Below are positions 29,087 to 39,328 of a DNA stretch of 64,000 nucleotides, piece after piece. The notes below the pieces were generated by a model that saw nothing but the letters and a program-made list of their open reading frames with translations, ran no database searches and was not told the origin of the DNA. The translations under genes and the position numbers were made by a program. Source of the DNA: an uncultured SAR86 cluster bacterium. GTDB lineage: Bacteria; Pseudomonadota; Gammaproteobacteria; Magnimaribacterales; AG-339-G14. The DNA lies in NCBI GenBank assembly GCA_902553315.1, contig CACDKN010000001.1, positions 216,145-280,144 of the forward strand, written 5' to 3'. Numbering within the stretch: position 1 is the first letter of the stretch; each line of letters starts with the position of its first letter.

Positions 29087-29497
29087 ATGAGAAGATCACT
29101 TATTAACCAAGCAGTAGAAGACACAGAAGAGCCAAATATTACGCCAATGCTCGATGTGGTTTTTATTTTATTAATCTTTTTTATTGTTACAGCTAATTTT
29201 ATTAAAGAACCGGGATTAGAAATAAATCGACCAGATTCAGAGACATCAGAGATTACTGAAAATGCAGCTATTTTAATTGCTATAGGAGCCGCAGGTGAAA
29301 TTTATATGGATGGTAGAAGAATTGACGTGAGGCAGGTTAAAGCTAATGTAATCAGATTGATTGCTGAAAACCCTCAAGGATCGGTAGTCATTCAAGCAGA
29401 TGTAAAATCAACAGCCGAAAAAATAGTAGCGGTTATGGATGAAGTTAGAGAAGCTGGAGTTGTTGATATTTCGATTGCGTCAGAACCTAATTTTTAA
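29087..29497 (+). CDS. exbD: biopolymer transport protein ExbD
   Basis: 136 aa with the ITPMLDVVFILLIFFIV N-terminal TM segment typical of ExbD/TolR. Confidence 0.85.
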   Translation: MRRSLINQAVEDTEEPNITPMLDVVFILLIFFIVTANFIKEPGLEINRPDSETSEITENAAILIAIGAAGEIYMDGRRIDVRQVKANVIRLIAENPQGSVVIQADVKSTAEKIVAVMDEVREAGVVDISIASEPNF

Positions 29498-30163
29498 ATG
29501 ATTGAAAAATTTTTAAATACTGATTTAGACAACGTTTACCAAAAATATGGGCTTGCTGCCGCTGCTGGTACAACGATATCAATCGCCTCCTTGATGTTAA
29601 TGGCAGTTCTAATTGCAACTGGAGACGTTTCATTAGATGACGTAAAAACTCGAAAAATTGTAGACATTGTAATGCCTCCAAAAGATTTAGAACTAATCGA
29701 TAATTTTGAAAGACCCGATGAGGCTGAACCTGAGCCTGATCAACTACCTCCAGACGTTGATATCGAGACAGTTGATGACTTTGATGACGCTATGAATTTG
29801 AATTTTAATTTTAAGGCCAAAAGACAAGGAGTATTTGCGGATGGCTCTTATGTTCCGATATTCCAAGTTCCGCCGCAATATCCTAGAAGAGCTGCAGAAA
29901 GAGGAATAGAGGGATGCGTGCTTCTTGAATATACAGTTACTCCTTTAGGAGCTGTTTCCGAGCCAGTAGTTATTCAAGCTAATCCTCCTGGAATTTTTGA
30001 TAGAGCTGCAACAAGAGCTGCGTTAAGATATAAATATAAACCACTTATTAGAGACGGTGTTGCCGTAGCTGTAGAGGGGGTGAGACAAAGAATAACTTTT
30101 ATTTTAGAAGGTGAAGGAAAAGGGCCGGGCTATGTTCCACAAAACTGTTTGGAGATGATTTGA
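29498..30163 (+). CDS. tonB: energy transducer TonB
   Basis: 221 aa with an N-terminal anchor, an acidic and Pro-rich spacer (EAEPEPDQLPPD), and a C-terminal TonB domain (YPRRAAERGIEG). Confidence 0.8.
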   Translation: MIEKFLNTDLDNVYQKYGLAAAAGTTISIASLMLMAVLIATGDVSLDDVKTRKIVDIVMPPKDLELIDNFERPDEAEPEPDQLPPDVDIETVDDFDDAMNLNFNFKAKRQGVFADGSYVPIFQVPPQYPRRAAERGIEGCVLLEYTVTPLGAVSEPVVIQANPPGIFDRAATRAALRYKYKPLIRDGVAVAVEGVRQRITFILEGEGKGPGYVPQNCLEMI

Positions 30164-31557
30164 TGCGAGTTTTAAGTTTTTATTCAATATTTTTTGTCTG
30201 TTTATTTCTAAGTTCATTTTTAGTTGCTCAAGAAAAAGAAGAAAGAAAATTTAATTTTCCTGGATACACCATTGAAAAATGTCTTAAAAATTACGAAATC
30301 GCTAAAAAACCTAAAAGACGTGTCGCAAAATTACCCAGTCAAAAAGCACAAAGGTTTTTAAAAAGGTTATTTCCTGCTTTAGAAGAGGATGACTTACTAC
30401 TTGCTCTTGAAATATTAGATGAAATGAAAATTTCTGAAGATTTAACCAATGTGGATAAAGCTCAAATGTGGTACTACTATGCTTATGTACATTTCAGTCA
30501 AGATAAATTAAAAGAGGCAGAGAAAGACTATGAAAATTTTTTAAAAATTGAAGAGGCAGATCCTAGGTTAAAAGCAAACGTAATTTTCAGTTTAGCTCAA
30601 ATAGCTTACTCTAGAGAAGAATACAGAAAATCTATACAAACTATGAAAGAGTGGCTTTCCATTGAGTCCAATCCCAGCTCAACAGGATTTGACATAATGG
30701 CTGCTTCTCACTGGCAACTGAATGAAAAGAAAATGGCTTTAAGAAATGCAGACACAGCCATGTGTGTTGCAAAAGCAAATAATTCTAAACCGAGAGAATC
30801 TACTTACAATCTTTTATTGGCTCTATTTAATGAATCTCAAAAAACTGATGAAATGTTGCCTCTTTATAAAGAGTTAGTAGATTTTTATCCTAAAAAAAGA
30901 TACTGGGTTCAACTTTCATCTTTGTACGGAACTATGCAGCAAGAATCTAATCAGCTTTCAGCATTGGAAGCAGCTCACGATCAAAGATTGTTGGATAAAG
31001 AATCAGAATATATAGCTTTGTATCAGCTATTGATGCGAGCAGATGCTCCTTTTAAAGCTGCTAAAGCTCTTCAATATGGTGTCGATGAGGAGTTTGTAGA
31101 AAGAAAAGAAAAGAATCTAAAGATGCTGGCTCAAGGTTGGCATATGTCTCAAGAATTAAAAAAGGCTGAACCTCTATACAAGGAAGCAGCTGAGAAATCA
31201 GAAGAAGGCGAGTTATTTGTGTTTTTGGGACAACTTTATCTAGCTACGGATAGATACGATCTAGCAATGGACTCTTTAAAGCTAGCTTTGAAAAAGGGAA
31301 AATTAAAAGATCCGGTCACAGTAAATATTCTTTTAGGTCAAGTATCTTATGAAAAACAAAGTTTTGATGATGCTACAATTTTTTTCAGAAAAGCCCTTGA
31401 TAGGCTAACTGACTTAAAAATAAAGGACAAAAAATTAAAAGAAAAGAAACAAGACAAGCTTAGAGCGCAAGCTCTTACGTGGTTATCTTATACAGAAAAA
31501 GAAGCTAAGAGAGTTAAAATTTTAGAGCAACGAAGGAAGGATCTAGAAGAAAGTTAA
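30160..31557 (+). CDS. TPR-repeat protein (TtpD-like, last gene of the TonB2-type cluster)
   Basis: 465 aa with a signal peptide and repeated TPR-like helical pairs. It overlaps tonB by 4 nt. Confidence 0.6.
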   Translation: MMRVLSFYSIFFVCLFLSSFLVAQEKEERKFNFPGYTIEKCLKNYEIAKKPKRRVAKLPSQKAQRFLKRLFPALEEDDLLLALEILDEMKISEDLTNVDKAQMWYYYAYVHFSQDKLKEAEKDYENFLKIEEADPRLKANVIFSLAQIAYSREEYRKSIQTMKEWLSIESNPSSTGFDIMAASHWQLNEKKMALRNADTAMCVAKANNSKPRESTYNLLLALFNESQKTDEMLPLYKELVDFYPKKRYWVQLSSLYGTMQQESNQLSALEAAHDQRLLDKESEYIALYQLLMRADAPFKAAKALQYGVDEEFVERKEKNLKMLAQGWHMSQELKKAEPLYKEAAEKSEEGELFVFLGQLYLATDRYDLAMDSLKLALKKGKLKDPVTVNILLGQVSYEKQSFDDATIFFRKALDRLTDLKIKDKKLKEKKQDKLRAQALTWLSYTEKEAKRVKILEQRRKDLEES

Positions 31558-32036
31558 TCTTTAATATAAGTTTTAATTTCACATTCAATTTTGCTTTTTT
31601 CATCGGTAAAACTCTCACTTTTTACCTCCTTCCAATTCTTTAAATCAATTGAAAAAAAAGCATCTCCTTTAAAGTCTTCCATTACATGTGTAAGCACCAT
31701 CTTGGAACAGTGTGGCTCTAACAAGTTATAAATTTCAGAGCCTCCGATAATAAAAATCTCTTGATCAAGAGCATTAAGGAAATTTAACAACTCGTTTGTC
31801 TGTTTAAAAACTTTTATTTCATCTGAAGCTTGGAATCCTTTTTTTGTAAGAATTATATTCAATCTGTTTGGTAAAGGGCGTCCAATAGATTCATAAGTCT
31901 TTCTCCCCATGATTACGGGACTTCCAGAGGTAAGTTCTTTAAACCTTCTCAGATCTTCCGGGATATGCCAAGGCAAAGAATTATTCCTTCCAATTACGTT
32001 ATTTTTTGCTAATGCTGCTACGATTGTTAGCTTCAT
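31554..32036 (-). CDS. folA: dihydrofolate reductase
   Basis: 160 aa with IGRNNSLPW and a GGSEIY-type motif. It follows thyA with a 1-nt overlap. Confidence 0.85.
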   Translation of the reverse strand: MKLTIVAALAKNNVIGRNNSLPWHIPEDLRRFKELTSGSPVIMGRKTYESIGRPLPNRLNIILTKKGFQASDEIKVFKQTNELLNFLNALDQEIFIIGGSEIYNLLEPHCSKMVLTHVMEDFKGDAFFSIDLKNWKEVKSESFTDEKSKIECEIKTYIKD

Positions 32037-32830
32037 TAAACAGCTATTGGCGCCGAAATTAATGGGTGGAATTCATAGTCTAAAATTTCTATATCTTCAT
32101 ATTTAAAGTCAGATATTTCCTTAACTTCTTTATTTAATTTTAAACGGGGCAAACTTTTTGGGTCTCTAGTTAATTGAAGATTTGCTTGGTCTAAATGGTT
32201 TAAATATAAGTGAGCGTCTCCAAGAGTATGAACGAATCTGTATGGTTTTAATTCACAGACCTGAGCAACCATGTGAGTTAGGAGGGCATATGAGGCTATG
32301 TTGAAAGGTACTCCTAAAAAAACGTCTGCACTTCTTTGATAAAGTTGACAAGAAAGATTTCCGTTTGCTACGTAGAATTGAAAGAGAGTGTGACAAGGTG
32401 GCAAAGCCATTTGATCAATTAAGGTTGGATTCCAGCCACTGACAATATGCCTTCTTGAATCTGGATCATTTTTTAAACCATCAATTAGATTTGTGATTTG
32501 ATCAATTGGTTCTTTTCCTGGATTAGGCCATGATCTCCATTGAGCGCCATAAACTGGACCAAGCTCACCATTTTCATCAGCCCATTCATCCCATATCGAT
32601 ACTCCATTTTCTTTTAAATATTTAATATTCGTAGAACCTTTGAGAAACCATATGAGTTCATGGATTATTGATTTTAAATGTATTTTTTTAGTGGTTACGA
32701 GGGGAAAGCCTTCACTAAGATCAAAATGCATTTGATGACCAAAGATGCTTTTTGTTCCTGTTCCAGTTCTATCAGATTTTTCAACTCCTTCATCGAGTAT
32801 TTTTTGCATTAAATCAAGATATTGTTGCAT
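32036..32830 (-). CDS. thyA: thymidylate synthase
   Basis: I set the start at the canonical [15 protein letters not shown] (ATG at 32830). Contains the active-site region ALPPCH. Confidence 0.9.
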   Translation of the reverse strand: MQQYLDLMQKILDEGVEKSDRTGTGTKSIFGHQMHFDLSEGFPLVTTKKIHLKSIIHELIWFLKGSTNIKYLKENGVSIWDEWADENGELGPVYGAQWRSWPNPGKEPIDQITNLIDGLKNDPDSRRHIVSGWNPTLIDQMALPPCHTLFQFYVANGNLSCQLYQRSADVFLGVPFNIASYALLTHMVAQVCELKPYRFVHTLGDAHLYLNHLDQANLQLTRDPKSLPRLKLNKEVKEISDFKYEDIEILDYEFHPLISAPIAV

Positions 32831-33620
32831 TTTTATTTTTATTGAAAGCAAATATTAATAAAATAATTCCCGCCAAAACCATTGGCAAAGAAAGAATCTG
32901 ACCACGGGTAATCATATCAAATAAATCAAATCCAATATGAGAATCCGGTGTTCTAAATTGTTCAGTTATGATTCTAAACAATCCATAAAATACTAGAAAA
33001 TAACCCGACAATGCCATCCGAGGCATCTTTTTCTTAAATAGAAAAAACATTATAAAAAATAATACAGGCCCCTCTAAAAAGGCTTGATACAGTTGGGAAG
33101 GATGCCTAGATAACTGAAGGGGATCGCTCCAAAAGGTCATTCCCCATGGAAGGTCAGTTGGCCTTCCAAGCAACTCTCCTCCAAGGAAGTTTCCAATTCT
33201 TACAATTCCCAAACCAAGAGGAAAGCTTACAGCGATGTGATCGGAAAATTCGAAAAAAGGAATATTTATTTTTTTACTAAAGATCAAGAATGCAACAATT
33301 ACTCCAAATAGCCCTCCATGAAAAGACAAACCACCTTCCCAAACCCTGAGAATGGAAAATGGATCAGATAATATTTGATCCATTCCATAGAACAGCATGT
33401 AACCAAGTCTTCCTCCTACAATCGCTCCTAAAACTCCATAAAACAAAAAGTCTTCGACATGTGCTTCTGTGAAATTTGCATTAGTGGCAATATTTCTTTT
33501 GGCAAACCAATGAATAGATAGGATTGCTATTACCCAACTAATCCCGTACCAGTAAACTGGCCACCAACCAACAAAGGGAATAGGTAAATAGAAAGCAACA
33601 GGATTTATATCAATGATCAT
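32814..33620 (-). CDS. lgt: prolipoprotein diacylglyceryl transferase
   Basis: 268 aa with GLSFHGGL and the Lgt signature region [12 protein letters not shown]. Confidence 0.9.
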   Translation of the reverse strand: MIIDINPVAFYLPIPFVGWWPVYWYGISWVIAILSIHWFAKRNIATNANFTEAHVEDFLFYGVLGAIVGGRLGYMLFYGMDQILSDPFSILRVWEGGLSFHGGLFGVIVAFLIFSKKINIPFFEFSDHIAVSFPLGLGIVRIGNFLGGELLGRPTDLPWGMTFWSDPLQLSRHPSQLYQAFLEGPVLFFIMFFLFKKKMPRMALSGYFLVFYGLFRIITEQFRTPDSHIGFDLFDMITRGQILSLPMVLAGIILLIFAFNKNKNATIS

Positions 33621-34417
33621 AGGAAAGTAATATAAAAAATTCTTACGGCAACCAAAATAACTAAAATTGAAAAAGCTATTCTTAAAGACTCCCCTTTCAT
33701 TTTATTAGAAATCTCAGCCCCATATTTTGCAAAATAAATACTTGATATTCCGGCCACTAAAATTGCAGGTATAAATACCGAGCCATAAACAAAATCAATT
33801 TTGTCTAGATCAATAGGTGCAAATAAAAGTCCTCCAATTAATCCCGACAATGCAAAAAAGAAGCCCATGATTGAAGAAGTTCCTACAGCTTCATGAATTT
33901 TTAAACCTCTGAATTGAAAATAAGGAACCATTAAAATTCCTCCACCTATTCCAACAAATGAAGTAATCAGTGCAATAAAACCTCCGACCACGAATAACTC
34001 TATTCCGCTAAAAGATGGAATTTTATTTTTTGGAGAAAAATTAAAGGCAAGTTGAATTGCAGCTAAGATAAGTGAAACCGCAATTATAATCTGTAGAATA
34101 CTTCCCGAAATATAGACAGCAACATACCTACCAAACATAGTTGAAATAATTGCTGCTAAAAACATGTATTTTACAATTTCTAAATTAATATTTTTGTTTA
34201 GATAATGGGTATAAGCCGCCATTGGAATTGTTATGGCCATAGTTCCCATTGATGTTCCGGTCGCTAGTAAGGGAATGAATTCAGGAGGAAAATTTAAATA
34301 ATTAAAGAGAAGAATATAAGCTGGAACAAGAATGATCCCGCTACCAATACCAAAAAAACCTGATAATAATCCTGCAAAAATTCCAAGTAAGATTAATGGG
34401 ATAATGATTTCTATCAT
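33617..34417 (-). CDS. TauE/SafE (DUF81) family anion exporter
   Basis: 266 aa with about 8 TM segments and internally duplicated G-rich helices typical of the family. Confidence 0.7.
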   Translation of the reverse strand: MIEIIIPLILLGIFAGLLSGFFGIGSGIILVPAYILLFNYLNFPPEFIPLLATGTSMGTMAITIPMAAYTHYLNKNINLEIVKYMFLAAIISTMFGRYVAVYISGSILQIIIAVSLILAAIQLAFNFSPKNKIPSFSGIELFVVGGFIALITSFVGIGGGILMVPYFQFRGLKIHEAVGTSSIMGFFFALSGLIGGLLFAPIDLDKIDFVYGSVFIPAILVAGISSIYFAKYGAEISNKMKGESLRIAFSILVILVAVRIFYITFL

Positions 34418-34471
34418 TTCAACGCATTATCGCTTATCTAAGACCTCTGATAAACTTAAGTTTTCTCAAGC

Positions 34472-35224
34472 ATGTGTTTAATTTTGTTGTCAAAACCAAG
34501 TCTAGGCGATTATAAATTCGTTCTTTCTTCGAATAGAGACGAATTTTACGAACGGAAAACTAGAAATATGTTTTGGTGGAATAATGTTGAAGGATTACTC
34601 GCTGGACAAGATTTAGAACAAGGCGGTACTTGGCTTGGAATAACAAAATCTGGAAGATTTGCGGCGGTAACTAACGTAAGAGAATTTTACCAAACAGATA
34701 CAAAAGAAAATTTTTTGTCGCGAGGAGACTTAGTAAAAAATTTTTTAAATTCATCCTTGTCGCCTGAGGAGTATGTTCAAAAAGTCGAAGCAAATAAATA
34801 CATGGGTTTTAACTTGGTTGTTTCTGATTTGAAATATTTTTCAATAATTTCCAGTCAAGGAATCGAAAGTTTCAATCAAGAATTAGTAGTCGTTGGTAAT
34901 CGAGCTTTGAATACAGAAACAAAGAAATTGAATAATGCAAAAGAGGATTTTAAAAGTATCTTAAATCAAACTTTTACTCATCAAGATTTAATTGAACTTA
35001 TGCAAAAACCAAAAAAAAATTATGAATTCAATTTCGAACAAATAAACCAAAACCATGGAAGCGAGTTTGATTCAAGATTTATAACGTCTGATATTTACGG
35101 AACTAGATCAACAACTGTCATTACAATTGATCGGAAAGACATAGTCAAAGTCACAGAGGTAATATATGACAGTTCAAGCAATTTATCTGATTCAAATACC
35201 TTTGAATTTAAAGTTCACTCTTAA
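34472..35224 (+). CDS. NRDE family protein (TANGO2 homologue)
   Basis: 250 aa with an N-terminal MC.. and the eponymous SNRDE motif. Confidence 0.75.
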   Translation: MCLILLSKPSLGDYKFVLSSNRDEFYERKTRNMFWWNNVEGLLAGQDLEQGGTWLGITKSGRFAAVTNVREFYQTDTKENFLSRGDLVKNFLNSSLSPEEYVQKVEANKYMGFNLVVSDLKYFSIISSQGIESFNQELVVVGNRALNTETKKLNNAKEDFKSILNQTFTHQDLIELMQKPKKNYEFNFEQINQNHGSEFDSRFITSDIYGTRSTTVITIDRKDIVKVTEVIYDSSSNLSDSNTFEFKVHS

Positions 35225-35228
35225 GTAA

Positions 35229-35687
35229 ATGCAAGGATATAGAAAGAATGTTGCAATGGTTGTTCTAAATAAAAATAACCAAGTTCTTCTTTGCAGGAGA
35301 AAAGGAACAGAAAATTGGCAGTTTCCTCAGGGCGGAATAGATGAAAATGAACTTTGTGAAGATGCAATGTATAGAGAGCTTTATGAAGAGGTAGGGCTTA
35401 AATCAACAGAAGTAGAAATTTTAGGTAAAACAAAAGAGGAAATAAAATATGATATTCCCATTACTATGAGATCAAGAGTTTTAGGTGGAAAATACAAAGG
35501 TCAATTACAAACCTGGTTTTTACTAAAGTTGAAAGGAGAAAATTTTTCAATTGACTTGAGTAAAGATGTCTCACCGGAGTTCGATAAATTTGATTGGGTT
35601 TCTTTTTGGTTTCCTCTGGCAAAAATAATACATTTTAAAAAAGAAGCCTATCGATTGGCATTGAAGGAGTTAAGAGAATTGTTATGA
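35229..35687 (+). CDS. rppH: RNA pyrophosphohydrolase (Nudix)
   Basis: 152 aa with GYRKNVAMVV, WQFPQGGI and the Nudix box (RELYEEVGL). Confidence 0.85.
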   Translation: MQGYRKNVAMVVLNKNNQVLLCRRKGTENWQFPQGGIDENELCEDAMYRELYEEVGLKSTEVEILGKTKEEIKYDIPITMRSRVLGGKYKGQLQTWFLLKLKGENFSIDLSKDVSPEFDKFDWVSFWFPLAKIIHFKKEAYRLALKELRELL

Positions 35688-36328
35688 AAAAATTAGCAAT
35701 TTATGATTTGGACGATACATTACTTTGTGGCGATAGCGAGTTCCATTGGGCTAAATTTACTGTTGAAAAAGGATACATAGAAGAAGAGGTTTATTTGAAA
35801 AAAATTAAGGCCTTCGAAATTGACTATAGATCAGGCAACTTAAATTTTGATGAATATTGTTCATTTCTTCTGAATCCGTTGATTGGCATGAATGTCAATG
35901 ACTTAAACAAATTAGTTGAAGAATTTATTGAGTCTCATGAGAGAAAATTGATTGATTCTTTTACGTTTGAGTTACTCAAAAAACATGAAAATGATTTTAG
36001 GATAATAGCATCTGGATCATTAGATTTTATTGTTGAAGGATTTTCTAAATATTTCGGAATAAATGAATTTATCGGCTCATCATACGAAGTTATAGACAAT
36101 AAGATTACAGGAGTGCTAAACAAAGCCGCTTTTGGAATTGGAAAATTAGAGAAAGTTAAAGAGTGGTGTCAAAATAAAAATTATTTCCTTGAAGAATCTG
36201 TTTTTTATACTGACTCGATAAACGATTTGCCTTTAATAAAAGCTTGTCCGAGTAGTATCATAGTTTCACCTGACAAAAAATTAGAGCAATATGCTTTGGA
36301 AAGAAATCTACTAATTTTAAATAGATGA
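35684..36328 (+). CDS. HAD-IB family hydrolase
   Basis: 214 aa with motif I YDLDDTLL and a C-terminal YTDSINDLP. Confidence 0.7.
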   Translation: MKKLAIYDLDDTLLCGDSEFHWAKFTVEKGYIEEEVYLKKIKAFEIDYRSGNLNFDEYCSFLLNPLIGMNVNDLNKLVEEFIESHERKLIDSFTFELLKKHENDFRIIASGSLDFIVEGFSKYFGINEFIGSSYEVIDNKITGVLNKAAFGIGKLEKVKEWCQNKNYFLEESVFYTDSINDLPLIKACPSSIIVSPDKKLEQYALERNLLILNR

Positions 36329-36335
36329 AAATCTT

Positions 36336-37538
36336 ATGACAAAAAAAGAAATAGAAAAAAATTATAAGAAATTATTGGACCAGAATTTAAACCTCGACCT
36401 GACAAGGGGTCAACCATCCAAAGAACAATTAAAGCTTTCCGAACCCATGGACCAAATTTTGAAAAATAAATTTAATTTTGATGGTGAGGACTTGAGGAAT
36501 TACGGATTAATAAAAGGCTTAGATTCAACAAGAAAATTAGGCGCAATATTATTAGGAATAAATTATAAGAACGTAATAGCAAACGGAACAAGTAGTCTTA
36601 ATTTGACTTCAATGGTTATTCAAGCTCTTTTCTTTAAAGGCATCAACGGCGAAGCTTGGAAACATTATAAAAAAATTTCTTTTTTATGTCCGGTGCCTGG
36701 ATACGATAGACATTTTTCTCTCTTAGAAATGATGGGCATTAATATGATAAATGTTCCTCTCAGGGGCGATGGTCCGGATATGGATTATGCTGAAAAGTTA
36801 GTGAAAAAGGATAAATCGATAAAAGGAATAATTTGCGTACCAAAACATTCTAACCCTACTGGAGAAACTTACTCTCTTAAAGTTTTGGAGCGTCTGGCAA
36901 GACTTCCGAAAAAAGCCTCTAAAGATTTTATGATTTTCTATGACAACGCCTATAGTGTTCATGATTTTAAAAAATCAAAGAAACTAGGAAATATTTTTAA
37001 TTTTTGTAAAAAATCAAATACTTCAAATAATATTGTTATGTTTGCGAGTACAAGCAAGATTACTTTCGCAGGAGCTGGGATTTCTTTTTTAGCGGCCTCG
37101 GAAAAAACTTTATCTAATTTTTTGTCCTTTTATCAAAACACCAGAGTTGGCTCGGATAAAATAAACCAAGCCAAACATTCAAAGTTTTTAAAAGATAAAA
37201 AATCTTTAGAAAAACACATGAATAAACACTCTTTAGTGTTATCAAAAAAATTTGAAATTGTAGAAAAGTATCTCTCAAAACTACCATCCGATATGGCTGA
37301 CTGGACAAAGCCAACGGGCGGTTACTTCGTTTCTTTTAATTCAAAACCAGGTAAAGCTAAGAAAATCTACAAGCTATGTGAAACCGCTGGTTTAAAACTC
37401 ACTCCAGTAGGCGCAACATTCCCTTATGGAAAAGATCCCAACAATCAAAACTTGAGAATTTCTCCCACGAAAATAAGCAATTTAGAGTTAAAGAAAGCGA
37501 TGGAAGTTTTTATAACTTCGGTAATGTTAGCAGGTTAG
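36336..37538 (+). CDS. PLP-dependent aminotransferase (fold type I)
   Basis: 400 aa with DLTRGQP, an N.TG region and a STSK (PLP Lys) pattern. Confidence 0.65.
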   Translation: MTKKEIEKNYKKLLDQNLNLDLTRGQPSKEQLKLSEPMDQILKNKFNFDGEDLRNYGLIKGLDSTRKLGAILLGINYKNVIANGTSSLNLTSMVIQALFFKGINGEAWKHYKKISFLCPVPGYDRHFSLLEMMGINMINVPLRGDGPDMDYAEKLVKKDKSIKGIICVPKHSNPTGETYSLKVLERLARLPKKASKDFMIFYDNAYSVHDFKKSKKLGNIFNFCKKSNTSNNIVMFASTSKITFAGAGISFLAASEKTLSNFLSFYQNTRVGSDKINQAKHSKFLKDKKSLEKHMNKHSLVLSKKFEIVEKYLSKLPSDMADWTKPTGGYFVSFNSKPGKAKKIYKLCETAGLKLTPVGATFPYGKDPNNQNLRISPTKISNLELKKAMEVFITSVMLAG

Positions 37539-37867
37539 TTTCTTGCGCCTTGAAGGATTTCGTAAACTTTTCCATTAAAAGGACCAAAATTAGCGTTTAC
37601 ATCAGGATGTGCTACTGGCTCATTAGACTCATCTACTAATAAGTTTTGTTGAGAAACATATGCAGTGTAGAAAACGTCATCATTCTCGGCAAAGACATGA
37701 TAGAAAGGTTGATCTTTACTAGGCCTTATTTGTGATGGGATGCTTTGGTACCATTCTTCTGTGTTGTTGAACTCGGGATCAACATCAAAAATGACTCCTC
37801 TAAAATCGAGAAATTTATGCTTAACAACTTGTCCTATTGAAAAATTGGTTTCGACTACTTCTTTCAT
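37535..37867 (-). CDS. hspQ: heat shock protein HspQ (YccV, hemimethylated-DNA-binding fold)
   Basis: 110 aa with FSIGQVVKHKFLDFRGVIFDVDPEF. Confidence 0.8.
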   Translation of the reverse strand: MKEVVETNFSIGQVVKHKFLDFRGVIFDVDPEFNNTEEWYQSIPSQIRPSKDQPFYHVFAENDDVFYTAYVSQQNLLVDESNEPVAHPDVNANFGPFNGKVYEILQGARN

Positions 37868-37916
37868 TTAATTAATTTATTCTACACTATTATATCTAGT
37901 GACATCTTAAATTAAT

Positions 37917-38972
37917 TCAAGCCTTATGAGCTTCTTTTAAGTAATCTTTAGATTGCATTTCTATCAACCTGCTAATTGTTCTTTTAAATTTTTCTTTAAG
38001 ATTTGTTCCTTTGTAAATATCTCTGAAATCTTCCTCAGCACTGATTATTATTTTGACTCTTCTGTCGTAACATTCGTCGATAAGACTAATAAAACGTCTG
38101 GCGACATCATCTGACTCAATCTTTTTCATATCAGAAATGATTAAAGTTTGAAATTCTTTAGATATTTCTATGTAATCCATTGAGCTTCTCGGAGCAGAAC
38201 AAATGTTGCTGAAATCAAACCAAATAACACCTTTAGAGGATTTTATTATTTCAATTTTTCTTCCAAGAATCTCAATTTGTTTTATTTGTATTTCATTAAT
38301 TCCTTTGAGGGTGTTGAATATAGTTTCTAACTTTTCTTTAACTATTCTTGAGGTTGGAAAAAAAAATAATTCATTTTGCTCTAAAGTTCTTAAGCGATAA
38401 TCGTTTATTGAGTTTAGGTTAAAAACTTCGCAATTGGCTTCAATTGCTTCGATTGCCGGAATAAATAATTTTCTTTGCAGCCCACCCTCATAAAGCCTTG
38501 AAGGCTCCAAATTAGACGTTGTGATAAAACAAGCTTTAGATTTAAAAAATTCTTGCATAAATTTCCCCAAAAGCATGGCATCTCCGATGTCCTCAACAAA
38601 AAATTCGTCAAAACAAAAAAAAGAATATTTTTTAGTCAAATTTTTAACTATTTTATTGATAGGATCTTTTTGGCCTTTTAATTTATTTAAATCTTCGTGA
38701 AGAAGCTTCATAAATCTGTGAAAATGTAGCCTTAATTTTTTTTCGGACTTGAGTTCTTTAAAAAATAAGTCCATTAAAAAAGTTTTGCCTCTTCCAACCT
38801 CTCCGTGTATATAAATACTCTTAGGAAGTCTAGATTTCCTAAAAATACTTAATGGAAAAGCATATCTTTCTGAATAAACTAATTTAGGTTCTAACTTTTC
38901 AATTAATTTGATTTGGTTTTCATCAAATTCTATTTGGCCATTTTCAACGGCTTGTAAGTAATACTTTCTCAG
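37917..38972 (-). CDS. zapE: cell division protein ZapE (AFG1-like ATPase)
   Basis: The track ORF (37917-38774) starts at MDLFF, just after the Walker A. Hand translation of the same frame upstream reads (L)RKYYLQAVENGQIEFDENQIKLIEKLE...SIYIHGEVGRGKTFLMD. The frame opens right after a TAA and contains no ATG/GTG/TTG. A CTG at 38972-38970 overlaps the upstream TGA. Confidence 0.7.
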   Translation of the reverse strand: MRKYYLQAVENGQIEFDENQIKLIEKLEPKLVYSERYAFPLSIFRKSRLPKSIYIHGEVGRGKTFLMDLFFKELKSEKKLRLHFHRFMKLLHEDLNKLKGQKDPINKIVKNLTKKYSFFCFDEFFVEDIGDAMLLGKFMQEFFKSKACFITTSNLEPSRLYEGGLQRKLFIPAIEAIEANCEVFNLNSINDYRLRTLEQNELFFFPTSRIVKEKLETIFNTLKGINEIQIKQIEILGRKIEIIKSSKGVIWFDFSNICSAPRSSMDYIEISKEFQTLIISDMKKIESDDVARRFISLIDECYDRRVKIIISAEEDFRDIYKGTNLKEKFKRTISRLIEMQSKDYLKEAHKA

Positions 38973-39256
38973 CTTATTAGCTTATGAGTAGTTATCTCAG
39001 GCGCGCCATCTAAAAAAGGTGCTAGCTCCATCGCAATAGTTTGGAAATGCTCGGTTTGGGTATGATTGGCATGAGCTTCCTCGTCTTTGTAAATTTCTAT
39101 CATCATAATAATCTGAGGATCAGACGTTTCATGCATTTGGTAATATTCGCAACCGGGTTCATTTTCAGATACGGCTTGAACAAGTTTTCTCATTACCTCT
39201 TTGAAATTATCTAATTCGTTTTCTTTTATTTTTAATTTTGCAATTGCTCCAATCAT
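38969..39256 (-). CDS. antibiotic biosynthesis monooxygenase (ABM) domain protein
   Basis: 95 aa with a ferredoxin-like ABM pattern (IEIYKDEEAHANHTQTEHFQ). Confidence 0.7.
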   Translation of the reverse strand: MIGAIAKLKIKENELDNFKEVMRKLVQAVSENEPGCEYYQMHETSDPQIIMMIEIYKDEEAHANHTQTEHFQTIAMELAPFLDGAPEITTHKLIS

Positions 39257-39328
39257 AATATTCCTCTCATTAAGTTATAATCATTTTACTTTTCTAAATA
39301 GTTTGATACAAATCTGGGGATAATAATT

